DNA of 63,858 nt, filler included, from Octopus bimaculoides (Eukaryota): the NCBI RefSeq assembly GCF_001194135.2. It is 4 parts of 3 records of this genome, joined end to end, with 100 filler letters (N's around TTAATTAATTAA, not from the genome) between each part and the next. Parts side by side here need not be neighbours in the genome. Positions count along the whole stretch, not along the records: positions 1 to 26,187 come from NC_068988.1; 3 more parts are not named here. One strand, 5' to 3'. A program made the translations under genes and the position numbers. Positions 1 through 12,053 of the stretch are shown here, piece after piece. Below the pieces are notes generated by a model. It saw nothing but the letters and a program-made list of their open reading frames with translations, made no database searches and was not told where the DNA came from. Each line of letters opens with the position of its first letter. Positions within the stretch are counted from its first letter, which is position 1.

Positions 1-260
1 CTATCATAGTAGGTGCCTTAGGTATAATAAAAAAATATTCAGACAAATACATAACAAAAACACCAGGACTTACAAATATATATAACATAGAGAAAATTGC
101 ACTACTGGGTACTGCACACATTCTACGCAAAACACTTTCAATACAGTAAACATAAGAGCACCACAGCAAACCACGGCATATACCCAAGGCGCACAGAGCT
201 GCGCTCGGTAGTGAAGTGAAAGCACGTTATAAAAATAAAACTACTGAACAATAATACTAC
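1..260 (+). mobile_element. 3' end of RLE-type LINE (R4/Dong-like)
   Basis: Frame 3-149 gives IIVGALGIIKK...EKIALLGTAHILRKTLSIQ*, the typical C-terminus of these elements, followed by a short 3' UTR and a (TAA)n tract at about 261-283. Confidence 0.8.
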
Positions 261-313
261 TAATAATAATAATAATAATAATATAAAGGACTGGTAACTC
301 AGCAGAAATGTAA

Positions 314-568
314 TAGTTAGAGAGATGAGTTCTTAACATTTGTATACGATTGCCAAATTCTATCACTAGGGTAAACATAGCTGACGTAATCCATCACCAC
401 GGCCAACTCAATGACAAAAAGCGCAACTCGAAAGTAAATAAATAAGTTACTTTCGAGTTGTGCTTTTTGTCATTGAGTTGGCCGTGGTGATGGATTATGT
501 CAGCTATGTTTACCTTAGTGATGGAATTTGGAAATCGTATACAAAAGTTAAGAACTCATCTCTCTATC

Positions 569-570
<2 letters not shown>
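314..570. repeat. Near-perfect fold-back palindrome (120-bp arms, 9-nt loop), MITE-like
   Basis: 318-437 pairs with 447-566: 114 Watson-Crick pairs, 4 G-T pairs and 2 mismatches; loop 438-446. TAA tracts lie on both sides. Confidence 0.9.

Positions 571-622
<52 letters not shown>
571..622 (+). repeat. (TAA)n microsatellite
   Basis: About 17 perfect units, directly abutting the 5' end of a truncated LINE. Confidence 0.97.
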
Positions 623-623
<1 letters not shown>

Positions 624-1570
624 GTACTGGAGTGCATCAACAGTAGAAGAAGAAACATGGCAGAATATTTGGTAAACAGCAAAGAAGACATGCTACAATA
701 TGCTACTAATACAGAAATATCTACCCAAAATGGATTTGAGAGTGCTTATGAATTCCAATCAAGAATAGCCAACTAAAGAGAAGAAACCCTACTCTGCGTG
801 GAATTACATGGTCAGTTCCATCGCTGCCCAGGACCAGGCATTGAATACCAACTCAGTGAAAAAGAATATATACCACACAAGTGCAACGAACCTCTGCAAA
901 ATGTGTGCGAAGAGGGTCGAAAGCGTTATTCACATTGTTAGTGTTTGTGAAAGTCTTCCACAGAAAGAACCCAAACGCAGACATGACAAGGTAGCCCAAA
1001 ACCTTCACTAGCTACTATACCGGAAGTATGGATACAAGGTAACGGGTTCTTGGTACCAACATATACCGGAGAAGGTAATGGACAAAAAGGGGAAGGCAAA
1101 AGTACCCTGGGACTTTGGCTTCCATGCAGACAAGGTGTTAGAATACCGAAGACCAGAGATAGTAACCTTTAGGAGGGACAAACAAGAGTGCCTTACAATC
1201 GACGTGGCAGTGCCAGGAGATCAACATATTATCATCAAAGAAAAGGAAAATACTGATAAATATGGAGACATGAGAATTGAGATCGTCAAAATGTGACAGC
1301 TACGAGAATCAAACAAAACATTAACCCTATTGTTACCTGAGCATTGGGTTCAATACCACACAACCTGAAAAAAAAATCTGGAAACTTCAGAAATACTCTA
1401 TAATCTAGTTGTATTGCAAAAATCAGCTTTACTTGGAACTGTACACATATTGCATAATGTACTGTCTATCTGAGGTCCTTGTTGAGACTTGATAGACAGT
1501 ACAAAACCCTGGTAGATACAATATCTTCAATCAACAACATCATGATATTGGATACTGTGCGACGTATTAA
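623..1570 (+). mobile_element. 5'-truncated, decayed R4/Dong-like RLE LINE
   Basis: IAAQDQALNT, knuckle CKMC..ESVIHIVSVC, RHDKVA, WDF..DKVLEYRRPEI, IDVAVPGD..KYGDMRIEI. TAA tracts on both sides. Confidence 0.88.
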
Positions 1571-1584
1571 ATAATAATAATAAT

Positions 1585-1859
1585 GGTTTCACATTTTTCC
1601 ACATGGGCAGCAATTTTAGGTAGGAGGGAAGAGTCGATTACATCGACCCCAGTGTTCAACTGGTACTTTATCGATCCCGAAACGATGAAAGGTAAAGTCG
1701 ACCTCGGAGGAATTTGTCTGTTTGTATGTTATATGTGTGTGTATGCATATGATTACATGCATATTTATAGCTGCACGTGTGTGCATCTACATTCGTTTAA
1801 ATTAGTAGTAGTAGTAGTCAGAACGTAGCGACGGGCGAAATACCGCTAAACATTTCGTC
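1585..1859 (-). mobile_element. tRNA-derived SINE fragment split by a low-complexity insert (about 1717-1817)
   Basis: Reverse complement of the SINE at 46468-46692 (shared aaagtcgacctcgg, gtcgattacatcgacccc). The SINE resumes at 1818 (gtcagaacgtagcg). Confidence 0.75.
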
Positions 1860-1870
1860 TGTTCAACTGT

Positions 1871-2214
1871 TTTTAGAGGCGAGATACGCCCCCAAAACAA
1901 CAATTCTCATAATTAATTGAGAAAAACTATTCACAAATTTCACAAAACATTGGTGAAGAAGTCCGACTATTTTTGGAGGCGCGATACGCCTCCAAAACAA
2001 CAATTCGCACAATTAAGTGAGAAAAAACCATTCACTTAAAGTGAACAAATTTTGCCCAACTACAAATTGGTAATAATGTTCAATTTCTTGGAGGCGGGAT
2101 ACGCCCCCAACACAGCAATTTTCACAAAAACTATTCACTAAAAGTGAACAAATTGCTTTTGCATAATTTCACAAATAGTTCAACCACTTCTCGAGTCGAG
2201 ATACTCCCCCAGAA
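1871..2214. repeat. Four-copy degenerate tandem array (100-115 bp period), each unit carrying a GC-rich stem-loop
   Basis: Units start at 1871, 1971, 2086 and 2188; best copy ttttggaggcg-cgata-cgcctccaaaa; shared downstream blocks caacaatt and aaaaactattcac. Confidence 0.85.
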
Positions 2215-2743
2215 AGGAAGGCACAACACAAGCTTGCTACGCAAGCCTCAATACACAAAAAACAGCGGCCACCGAAAGCAGGCAAAATTGTCCCATAGCT
2301 GTGAGCGATTTATACTATAATAAATTACTCTCAGCTTAGAAAAAAGACGAAATCACCTACCTCGCCGACCGTTCTCTGTTTTTGTTGTTCTTTTTTCTTT
2401 TTGGATGGAGCGCAACTGGCTCACATCCACCTTGGTCTGCTGCACGAAGAAGACTAACTCTCCAATACCGGAAGCAAGCTTCTTACCACATAGCTACACC
2501 TGCTCCTATTAGTATGTACATATTTTTGAGTTTTGTGGCTAAAAGACTTTCTTTTCGTAGAAAAGGATAAAAGTCATATTTAACTGACCTGGATCCAGTT
2601 TTGCAGATTTCAGCTTCTGAAAGTTATAGACAATTTTCTCCATATTTTTTCTATATTTAAAACCATGTGCCGTTTACTGATTAAATAGGCATGCCACTCA
2701 TGACATTACACACACACGCATGCACATGCACACACACCCACAT

Positions 2744-2790
<47 letters not shown>

Positions 2791-3305
2791 AACACACACG
2801 CATGCGTATATATTAATGTTAGCTTTTATGTCGAGTTATAAATCTTATTTTTCACTTGCTTTTGTCTCTAATTTGCGGACACACTGGGGTTACTACCTTG
2901 AAGTGTTGTTACTTCCCCCATCCACATGGGTAAAACCTTGAACAACGTTGCATAGGAATGTCTACCTTAGATGTATATGTACTGCAACTGAACCAACTAA
3001 ATGCACATAGCTGCTACATTAAAGAACATTAAGACACTTATCCAACAAAAACACGTGTCGGATTGGAATTTAATGTGAATTCAATAAGAATAAACAATTG
3101 TAATAAACAAATTTTGAAGATGTATAATTCTCCATTCTTCTTTATGATGTTTTCATTATATCCTCTGTGTGTTGTATGGAATTACCGTGTAATTGTATAC
3201 CGAAAACAGTTCTATACGTTCCCTATCGTTTGATGTGGTAATCCAAATCTGGATTATATTAGTGCTAATAAGGTATTTGCCGGATTCCAAATCTCTACTC
3301 CTTTA

Positions 3306-3444
3306 TGGTATGTTATGCTATGTTATGTTATGTTATGTTATGTTATGTATGTATGTATGTATGTATGAATGTATGTATGTATGTATGTATGTGTGCGTGT
3401 GTGTATGTACGTATTATATATATATGTATGCATATATATATACG

Positions 3445-3522
<78 letters not shown>
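3306..3522. repeat. Compound microsatellite (TTATG)n/(TATG)n/(TA)n
   Basis: Read directly from the sequence; accounts for the low-complexity ORFs here. Confidence 0.95.
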
Positions 3523-3527
<5 letters not shown>

Positions 3528-3879
3528 AAATTAAAATCAGAACAGAGATTTGCACATCCAAGTTTTATTTTACAGTTAATTACATCTTTCTTCTTCAAAA
3601 GCCTACGCACGATTCCGCTGTAAGCCGATGCACACTGTTAAATGCGCATTTTTGAATCCGTGTCTATTCATTTGCGTATTTATTTACTAGTTTGTTTTGT
3701 TCTCGCAGGAGAACATTATCGCTTATTGTAAAAATTATATTGCATCGAATCATTTACAAATCTCATAATCTCGGACAGTACACCCTAAGAGGTTGGATGT
3801 AGCGTTGATCGCCTATTCTAGATTTATAAACGTTTACAAATACTAGAATTACTCGAGAAGATACACGATACGTTTTCTA

Positions 3880-3907
3880 TAGATAGATAGATAGATCGAT
3901 AGATAGA

Positions 3908-3967
<60 letters not shown>

Positions 3968-4290
3968 TAGATAGATAAATAGATAGATAGATAACCGGTT
4001 GTTAATCACTAACTCTTTTAACAACCGATTCCTGTCTTTTTCACAATTATCACTCTGATTATTCTTCTTCTCTCACTATCCTTCTTTTTATAAACACACG
4101 CATTCACTCACAATCCTCCAACACACTCATACACTCACACACGTATACATTTACACACACTAACATAAATAAATTGACTGACAGATATACATACATACAG
4201 ACAAACAAACATACATACATACATACAGACATACAGACAGACAGACAGATAGATAGATTGATAGATAGATAAATAGATAGATAGATGTGT
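3880..4290. repeat. (GATA)n/(GACA)n/(CATA)n microsatellite clusters
   Basis: Tracts at about 3880-3992 and 4185-4285. Confidence 0.9.
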
Positions 4291-4329
4291 CCAAGTGCTC
4301 GTGTCCCTGAATAAATATGCATAGATATT

Positions 4330-5300
4330 GGAATAAACGTATTATGCCCATAAAAATATATTCAAATATCATTTTTCCATGCTCCTAATGTAAACACATT
4401 TATGATTGAACTCAATACAAGTTTATGATTTTTGTTGTCGGTATGATATAAGATAAACAAACGTATTTTATACATGATTTGATTTGAACTGTGTATTTCA
4501 AGTTTTTGTAGTCCTTTGAAATTTACGAAGTGAGCGGGTTTTTAGCATCTTTGAATGAACTCGAATTTTTTCTTTTAGCCTAACAAGATTGTAACAAAAT
4601 TCTTCGTCAGATATCACATTTTTGTCTCTCAGCCCATCTCTAAGCTTTCCGGTTTGTTGTTCACCTATGAAGAAGTTATTATCACAGTGATTCTAAAGAA
4701 TTAGTTTTAGAATGTTTGTATATATTGTATACACCAAATTCCCAAATTTGTCAATAGCTGGCGGCTTTTCGCCATTGAATAATATTTTAAAGTTTCAGAC
4801 TTGTTTTTAGCAATGCCATCCAGTTTAGTATATGTATAAACTTAAAGAAAATTTGCTGATAAAGGAGGTCAGTCTTCTGTTCCAATAGGTGAGAATCAAA
4901 TCTTCTCTTAATCTTTTCCTATCCTGGAGTATTTTATTACAGTTCCAAAGGTATCACCATAGATGAATCTATTCTTTTGGTATAAAAGATAATACCTCTT
5001 ATCGATTTCTTCTAGTCAGACCGTACATTCTTTAAAAGCTTCGCCCTTCCAGACTTTTCTCTTGACTGAATTTATATCTTTCTAAGATACCTTTCTGATT
5101 TTTAATCAATGCTTCCCCCCACCCCACATCATCTCTAGGCTTTGGTTTGATTTCGGATGAAGTTTTTATTAACTATTTCTCTTTCAGATACTCACCTCTG
5201 ACGATACATTTTAACTCCTATTTGAATACAATCAATATATACTCAATTGTTTTCTCCAAACGTTGTTTCTAGGTTGCTTTTCAAGTTTTGTGAGTGACAA
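4330..5300 (-). mobile_element. Decayed Penelope-like element (RT C-terminus plus GIY-YIG region)
   Basis: Frameshifted minus-strand peptides EVLSFIPKE, CNKILQD and CDNNFFIGEQQTGKLR (resembles the GIY-YIG C..YIGET..LR motif). Confidence 0.5.
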
Positions 5301-5397
5301 ATGCGATCATTCGCTTGCATGTGATACTAGTCTTCTGTACAGGCATGTGCGTTGCCCACTGCCATTCCTCTTCTGCCTAACTCATTAAATTTACATG

Positions 5398-5512
5398 AAT
5401 ACACACACACACACACACACACATACATGTATGTATGTATGTTATTTTGTGTGTGTCTGTGCTGTGTGTGTGTGTGTATATGTGTGTGTGTATGTGTATG
5501 TGTGTGTGTGTG

Positions 5513-5560
<48 letters not shown>
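5398..5560. repeat. (CA)n/(TG)n microsatellite
   Basis: Read directly from the sequence. Confidence 0.95.
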
Positions 5561-5562
<2 letters not shown>

Positions 5563-6267
5563 GTATATATGAATATAAATTTTCTTTAACTTTTCGAATT
5601 CGTCCTTAACGAATTAGCTGGGTTCTGCATAATAACTAGTCTTCACCATTGGAAATGAAGCAACAACAGCAGTAACAGCAACGAAGGGCTAGATGTTAGT
5701 TATAGAAAATTTATCTATTCATAGTCGTTCTTAAAAATTGGATTTATACTGAATATACTGAATATACAGTATAAACATTGGATTTATACTGATTTATACT
5801 GAAAGACAGTGATCTCTATTTATAGATAGGATAATTCTGAAACTTAATTTGGCAATAACGGAATTTATGAACTTTTCACCAGAGGTCAATAAAGACGTAT
5901 ATTGGTTCGTACAAGCAAGCATCAGGCAGGCGGTGAACCTGTAAAATTTTTTTTTAATGTTTATGTTATGTGATTTCCGATAACAATATCAGGTCACTTA
6001 GAATCAGAAATGTTGACTCCCTACTCATTGTTTATACCAGAATGTAAACAACCTATTGAATTCCTTTATTCTCATTTACATAAATACATACATACGTACA
6101 TACATGCAAACATACATATGTACATACATACGTACATGTATACATACATACATGCATAAACACATATACATACATATACACACATACACACATACTCAGA
6201 TATGCATTCATACATACATGCATACGTTCAAACATTTACTCATGCATACTTATATACGTACATAGTT

Positions 6268-8690
6268 GCTGCTTTCTTGTTTACAAGCAAAGCCATTGCT
6301 AGAAAGAATAACTGAAATGAGTCATAGATGATGCTATGTGAGGCTCTTGTATGACTCCTGAGCCCAGCCAAATATTTGCACATTCTGTTGCATAATTCAT
6401 AGCTGTGCTGGTTGACAGAGTCAAATGCCACACTATGAAGTCTTTTGGCATACTTTTTCAATTCCCTAACTGAAAGGTACAACTTTCCACAGGTTGCACA
6501 TGTTCTGTTGTGAACAATAGCCGCATCACAATTTACAAAGGATTGATTCCTGTGAGTTCTCTGATGGCCTGCATGACTCAAGTATTTCCTCTCACAGATC
6601 ACGCACATAAAAAGCAACACTCCCTCATTTTCCACAGGTTCATTCTTTCTAAGCCTTCTCTTGATCTTCTCGCGCTTCATTCTCTCTCTTTCAAACTTTG
6701 AACAACCACTGTGCACTCTTTTCCTCCATCCATTTCGGTCTAGTACTTCCTTCTCCCAATCAACAACTGAAACTCCTGTCTGTGTGAGAGCAATTCTGAG
6801 GCAGTCCTTGAACCTCATTTTAAGTTTTTGTGCTGGCCTCCTACCAACTTCCAGCTCATCATACAAAAGTTGCTTAGGAAGTCTTTCATCATTCATTCTC
6901 ACCAGATGTCCACCCCACCTCAAACGACTTTTCAGAATCATTGATTCTACACTCCTACTGCCACTTCTCTCAAATTCCTCCACATAACTGATCGTCATTT
7001 TCCAATTTATCCCAAGAATTTTCCTGAGATAATATTGATGATATCGTTCCAAATGCCTACGATAAACTACGCATGTCTCACTTCAATAAAGCAATGATGG
7101 CAGAACACACGTGCTATAATTTCGAAAGATATACTATGCGTGACCAGAGACCCATGTCAAGCTTACCAAAGGCACTACTAGTCTTGCTGATTCTATACGA
7201 AATTTCATCATCAAAACCATTATGTCTCAAAGTACTTCCTAAATAATTGAATTTAGTTACAACTTCTAACTTTTGTCCATACACAGTTGCAGAAGGTTCC
7301 ATATAAAGTTTAAAGGGGGCAAGTTGGTATATCAGAAGAGTTTTCCAATGCTATACATGCCAATGTTATACATGTTGCAGAAATCGTATTCATCATGTGT
7401 TGCATATCTTCCTGGGAATATGCTAACAGATTACAATCATCTGCATACAAGAACTTAATGATGTGAGAATGAAGAACTTCCGTTTGGCACAAAGTCTTTT
7501 GAGGTTGAAAAGTTTTCCCGTTGTCCTGTATATTATATAGACCACTACAGCACAATCTTTGAAAGCCATTTGAAAGACTTTTGCAAAATACAGAGCAAGC
7601 AACGTAAGAGTAAGAATATCACCCTGTTTTACGCCATTTTCTACAGAAATTAGATCTCACGAGGTACCTCTAATATTAACTCTCACTTCCATGTCGTTAT
7701 GAAACTGTCGAATTATTCTCACAGATTTTTCATTGCAGCCCTGCTTTTTCAGGATCTCCCAAAGTGCAACTCTATTTACAGAATCAAACGCTTTCATCAA
7801 ATCAATACAAACTTGATATAAGTCCATATCCTGTTCGATGCACTTCTCTTCTGTCTAGCTGAAAATGTCATATCCATCGTGGTCCACCTCTAAATTCACA
7901 TTGTGGTTATGGTAGAACCTCATCAGCAATGTGCAGAAGCAATATATCCAGCATTACCCAACAAAGGACCGTTCCAGCCAAAGCTAACAGACAGATGTCA
8001 CGAAAATTATCGCAGACATACTTTCCACCTTGCGATTTACAGAATATCTCCATAATTGCATCACACCAATCGTGAGTAACCACTTCACTATGTCAAATCC
8101 TCTGAATCACATCTGTCAACATTGTACAGAGATGTTCACTACCATATTTGTATATCTCTGCACCTATGCCATCCATACCAGGGGTCTTTCCATTGTTCAA
8201 TTTCCCGATAGCTACTTTTATTTCAGCAAGGTTCGGAACCTCTGCTAAAAGATGTTGGTCTTCCATGTATATTATCAAGAACAGAGAGATCAACTTCGGT
8301 GATTTTATTGAGCAACTTATCAAAATGCTCTTTCCATTTCCCAACAATATCTTTAGGATTTGATAATTTTATGCCATTCTCGCTACGAAGTGGAGCAACT
8401 GTTAATGAACTTGAACCATAAACTCTTTTCAAGAGAGAGTAAAATGTTTTGAATTGTTAACATTTGAAGCTTCTATCACTCCACCAGTTTTCCTGCATCA
8501 TCCTCAGCTTCCTCTGCACTGCTGCTTCTACTTCCTTAAAATGTGTAGCTGCTGTCCTGTTCGTTCAAAGTTTGCATTTAGCAACATGTTGAATGCCTTT
8601 CGCATCTCCTCCTAGATAATAATTTCTTCGTCATCATCGTCAAACCAATCCTGGTCGCTCTTGAACGCTACTGGTAACATGTAACCAAGT
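6268..8690 (-). mobile_element. RTE-clade (BovB-like) LINE, 5'-truncated and frameshifted
   Basis: QDWFDDDDEEI, WKEHFDKLLN, KTPGMDGIGAEIYKYG, FLYADDC, FNYLGSTL, RLRWGGHLVRMNDERLPKQLLY..L..G.RP; C-terminal zinc-finger-like motifs. Confidence 0.92.
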
Positions 8691-8942
8691 ACAACCTGTT
8701 ACATGGTCGGGTCGTCGGACACTAAACTGGCAACGTCACCAAGCTTGCTTGGAGAGGAGGGTGATTGTTGGACACCCTGTGGGACGAAAAACATACGTAC
8801 ACACATATTCTTACAGACATACCACACACAATAGCCTATCTANNNNNNNNNNNNNNNNNNNNNNNNNNNNNNNNNNNNNNNNNNNNNNNNNNNNNNNNNN
8901 NNNNNNNNNNNNNNNNNNNNNNNNNNNNNNNNNNNNNNNNNN

Positions 8943-9662
8943 TATTGTGTCCTACACGACAAGAGAAATAATAGATATGAGAAGGTTAATCATTAAAGAA
9001 AACAATGAAATACATTTAAACACACCCGAACATACATTACAGGAAACCAGTAGAAAAACAATCATATACAAAGTAATAAATACTAAAAGTAGAAGGCCAG
9101 TACAGACATAATTCAAAAATGTTTGCACTCACTCTGGTCTGAGATAACATACATCACATGGTACAAATATGCACATGTCCAAGTGATTTTTCGAAATGAA
9201 GAGTTAGCGAAGAAATTTTCAACGCTAACTCTTCACACACCAGAAATAACAATGATACCTAGTTACCTTGGCCAAAAGGTAACCAAGGTAAAGATAATGC
9301 ATGCACCTCCAACAATAGACACACTATGATTGCTATCGGCCATATGTGTCGACATGGACAATATTAATATACTTAAAATCACCGTTGGAGAAAGCAACTG
9401 GACGGGAAAAACCATACAAATCCTGTTCCACACAAACGAACAAAAAATACAAAAAATTCCATGATACATCCGTTTGTCACCAAATCAAAAATTACATATA
9501 GTGGTAGAGGGCAGGCGGCCTCGCTGTTACTTATGCAACAGCGAGGCACACTTCAAAAAGGAGTGACCGACTGCCCTAAAAATCACAACAACAACAACCA
9601 CAAAGTCTAACTAAACCCATAAAAAAAGCCTTGCTGCCCACACCGCCATCCACACAAAAAAC
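8943..9662 (+). pseudogene. Middle of a gag/ORF1-like pseudogene (RRM-like region plus CCHC knuckle); contig probably misplaced
   Basis: One frame from 9123, with in-frame stops: HVQVIFRNEELAKKF...KVTKVKIMHAPP...VVEGRRPRCYLCNSEAHFKKE*P. The first 41 nt are identical to 10609-10649. Confidence 0.75.
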
Positions 9663-9734
9663 NNNNNNNNNNTACCCTTTTTTTTTCTTTTTTTTTAAAG
9701 AAAAGCTCTACAGTTGTATTTGTCCCTTCTGTAT

Positions 9735-9778
<44 letters not shown>

Positions 9779-9815
9779 GTATGTATGTATGTATGTATGT
9801 ATGTATGTATGTATG

Positions 9816-9873
<58 letters not shown>
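9735..9873. repeat. (TATC)n-(TATG)n-(TATC)n compound microsatellite
   Basis: Read directly from the sequence. Confidence 0.95.
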
Positions 9874-9874
<1 letters not shown>

Positions 9875-9930
9875 ATGGACGAACGATAGACGTATCGGCT
9901 CCGTAAGTTTTGCCTTTTTTATGCTTTAAA

Positions 9931-12053
9931 AAGTTTGTTTGTAAAGTAAATTTTATATAGAAAGTTGTACAACAACTTATAGACTCTGTGGTGCAAGTTT
10001 TTTGAAACGGAAATCTGCCCTGTGTGGCACATTTCCAGGTTTTAAAAATTAATTTCGGCTTTCTAGCCATTTTTTGTTTTGGACGATAGCGTCTTCTAGC
10101 CATGAGAAATTTCGTCAAACGAACGCTGAATTTTGCAGTGTTTCGTTCGACATAGTTTTCCTAGACTCCCTTCCTCACATTTAAACGAGAGAATAGAGAA
10201 AAAGGAAAAACACTTCACACACACAGATGCAAGTGTTAACATGAAAGTTAACACCAACAACAACAACAAAAACAAAACTGTAACCAAAGTTACAAAACAG
10301 TACACAGACAACGTCTCTAAAGTCTCTGACGTCAACACCATTTCTGCTGACGCCATCATCACCACCACCACCACCAACAACAACGACAGCAACAACAACA
10401 ACAACAGCAGCAGCAACAGTTCAACTCAACCTTTGCTCTCTTCACCAGCAGCAAGCGAAAGAGAGGAAGGAAAAATGAAAACAAGCCACAACACCACTGA
10501 CACAGTCACAAATACCACATCTGCCACCAATACCAGTGCCAGCACCAGCAACAACAATAACAACAATAACAAAAGAAACTTTGCTGAAGCTTTGAAGCAA
10601 AGAGAAACTATTGTGTCCTACACGACAAGAGAAATAATAGATATGAGAANNNNNNNNNNNNNNNNNNNNNNNNNNNNNNNNNNNNNNNNNNNNNNNNNNN
10701 NNNNNNNNNNNNNNNNNNNNNNNNNNNNNNNNNNNNNNNNNNNNNNNNNNNNNNNNNNNNNNNNNNNNNNNNNNNNNNNNNNNNNNNNNNNNNNNNNNNN
10801 NNNNNNNNNNNNNNNNNNNNNNNNNNNNNNNNNNNNNNNNNNNNNNNNNNNNNNNNNNNNNNNNNNNNNNNNNNNNNNNNNNNNNNNNNNNNNNNNNNNN
10901 NNNNNNNNNNNNNNNNNNNNNNNNNNNNNNNNNNNNNNNNNNNNNNNNNNNNNNNNNNNNNNNNNNNNNNNNNNNNNNNNNNNNNNNNNNNNNNNNNNNN
11001 NNNNNNNNNNNNNNNNNNNNNNNNNNNNNNNNNNNNNNNNNNNNNNNNNNNNNNNNNNNNNNNNNNNNNNNNNNNNNNNNNNNNNNNNNNNNNNNNNNNN
11101 NNNNNNNNNNNNNNNNNNNNNNNNNNNNNNNNNNNNNNNNNNNNNNNNNNNNNNNNNNNNNNNNNNNNNNNNNNNNNNNNNNNNNNNNNNNNNNNNNNNN
11201 NNNNNNNNNNNNNNNNNNNNNNNNNNNNNNNNNNNNNNNNNNNNNNNNNNNNNNNNNNNNNNNNNNNNNNNNNNNNNNNNNNNNNNNNNNNNNNNNNNNN
11301 NNNNNNNNNNNNNNNNNNNNNNNNNNNNCAAAAAACAACAAAGGCAACATCAACAACATCAACGAAAGAAAACACTACAAAAACTGCAAAATTAACAAAG
11401 ACGAAAAAAGAAAAGACAATACAAAAACTGATACCCCTTCCCCCACATCACTTACACCACAACCAAATATTCAACAACCAACAACAACAAAAACAACAAC
11501 ACAACCACTTGCACAAGTAAACACAGATCCATACAACATGCCCCTACCTCCTTCCGATTCCTCAGAGATTTCGTCTGAAGACGAGTTAAGTAATGAGGAA
11601 TGGAAAATAGCCCAAAAAGGAAGGAGGAAGAGGTGCAAAAAGGAAGGAGGAAGAGGTGCAAAAAAAGAAAAACAAACAACAGCAAAGCAGGGAGATTCAC
11701 ATCTCCCGAAAATACGCCCAAATCCTACACGATGGACACCAATATTAACACACTAAAATCAATGCTGACAGCAATAGACACTACAAACACAGAGCTGATG
11801 AAATACATCAACTCTAAAACAAACATCACAAATAACGACATCAAAAGAAACAATCACGCACACACAACACCGCCAAAACACATAAAAATATATCACGTAA
11901 CACCAGCATTGCACCACAAAATAAAATCCCTCTACCCCAATGCGGTAGGGGGATGTCAAAAATATTTGTGCAAGAAATTGTACAATAGCTTCCTTGGTGA
12001 AAAATCCAAGGAGGAAACAAAACTTTCAAACAAGTAAGTAACTCTCTGTTTTT
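9931..12053 (+). mobile_element. ORF1/gag-only retroelement-like sequence containing a 679-N gap
   Basis: ATG at 10241 opens an N/T/S-rich ORF running into the gap; after the gap, T/K-rich, acidic (SSEISSEDE) and basic (KGRRKRCKK) segments. No endonuclease or RT motif seen before 12053. Confidence 0.55.
10650..11328. other. Assembly gap (679 N)
   Basis: N run. Other large gaps lie at about 37215-37574, 42603-43124 and 55792-56344. Confidence 0.98.

Noticed and set aside
1871-2214. CRISPR-like look of palindromic repeats with spacers
   Set aside because: The spacers are homologous to one another, the repeats are degenerate, the context is eukaryotic, and there are no cas genes.
3193-3623. 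ORFs rich in YI/CV/HT/LSIY (here and at many other microsatellites), and long ORFs through N runs
   Set aside because: Translations of simple repeats or of unknown bases.
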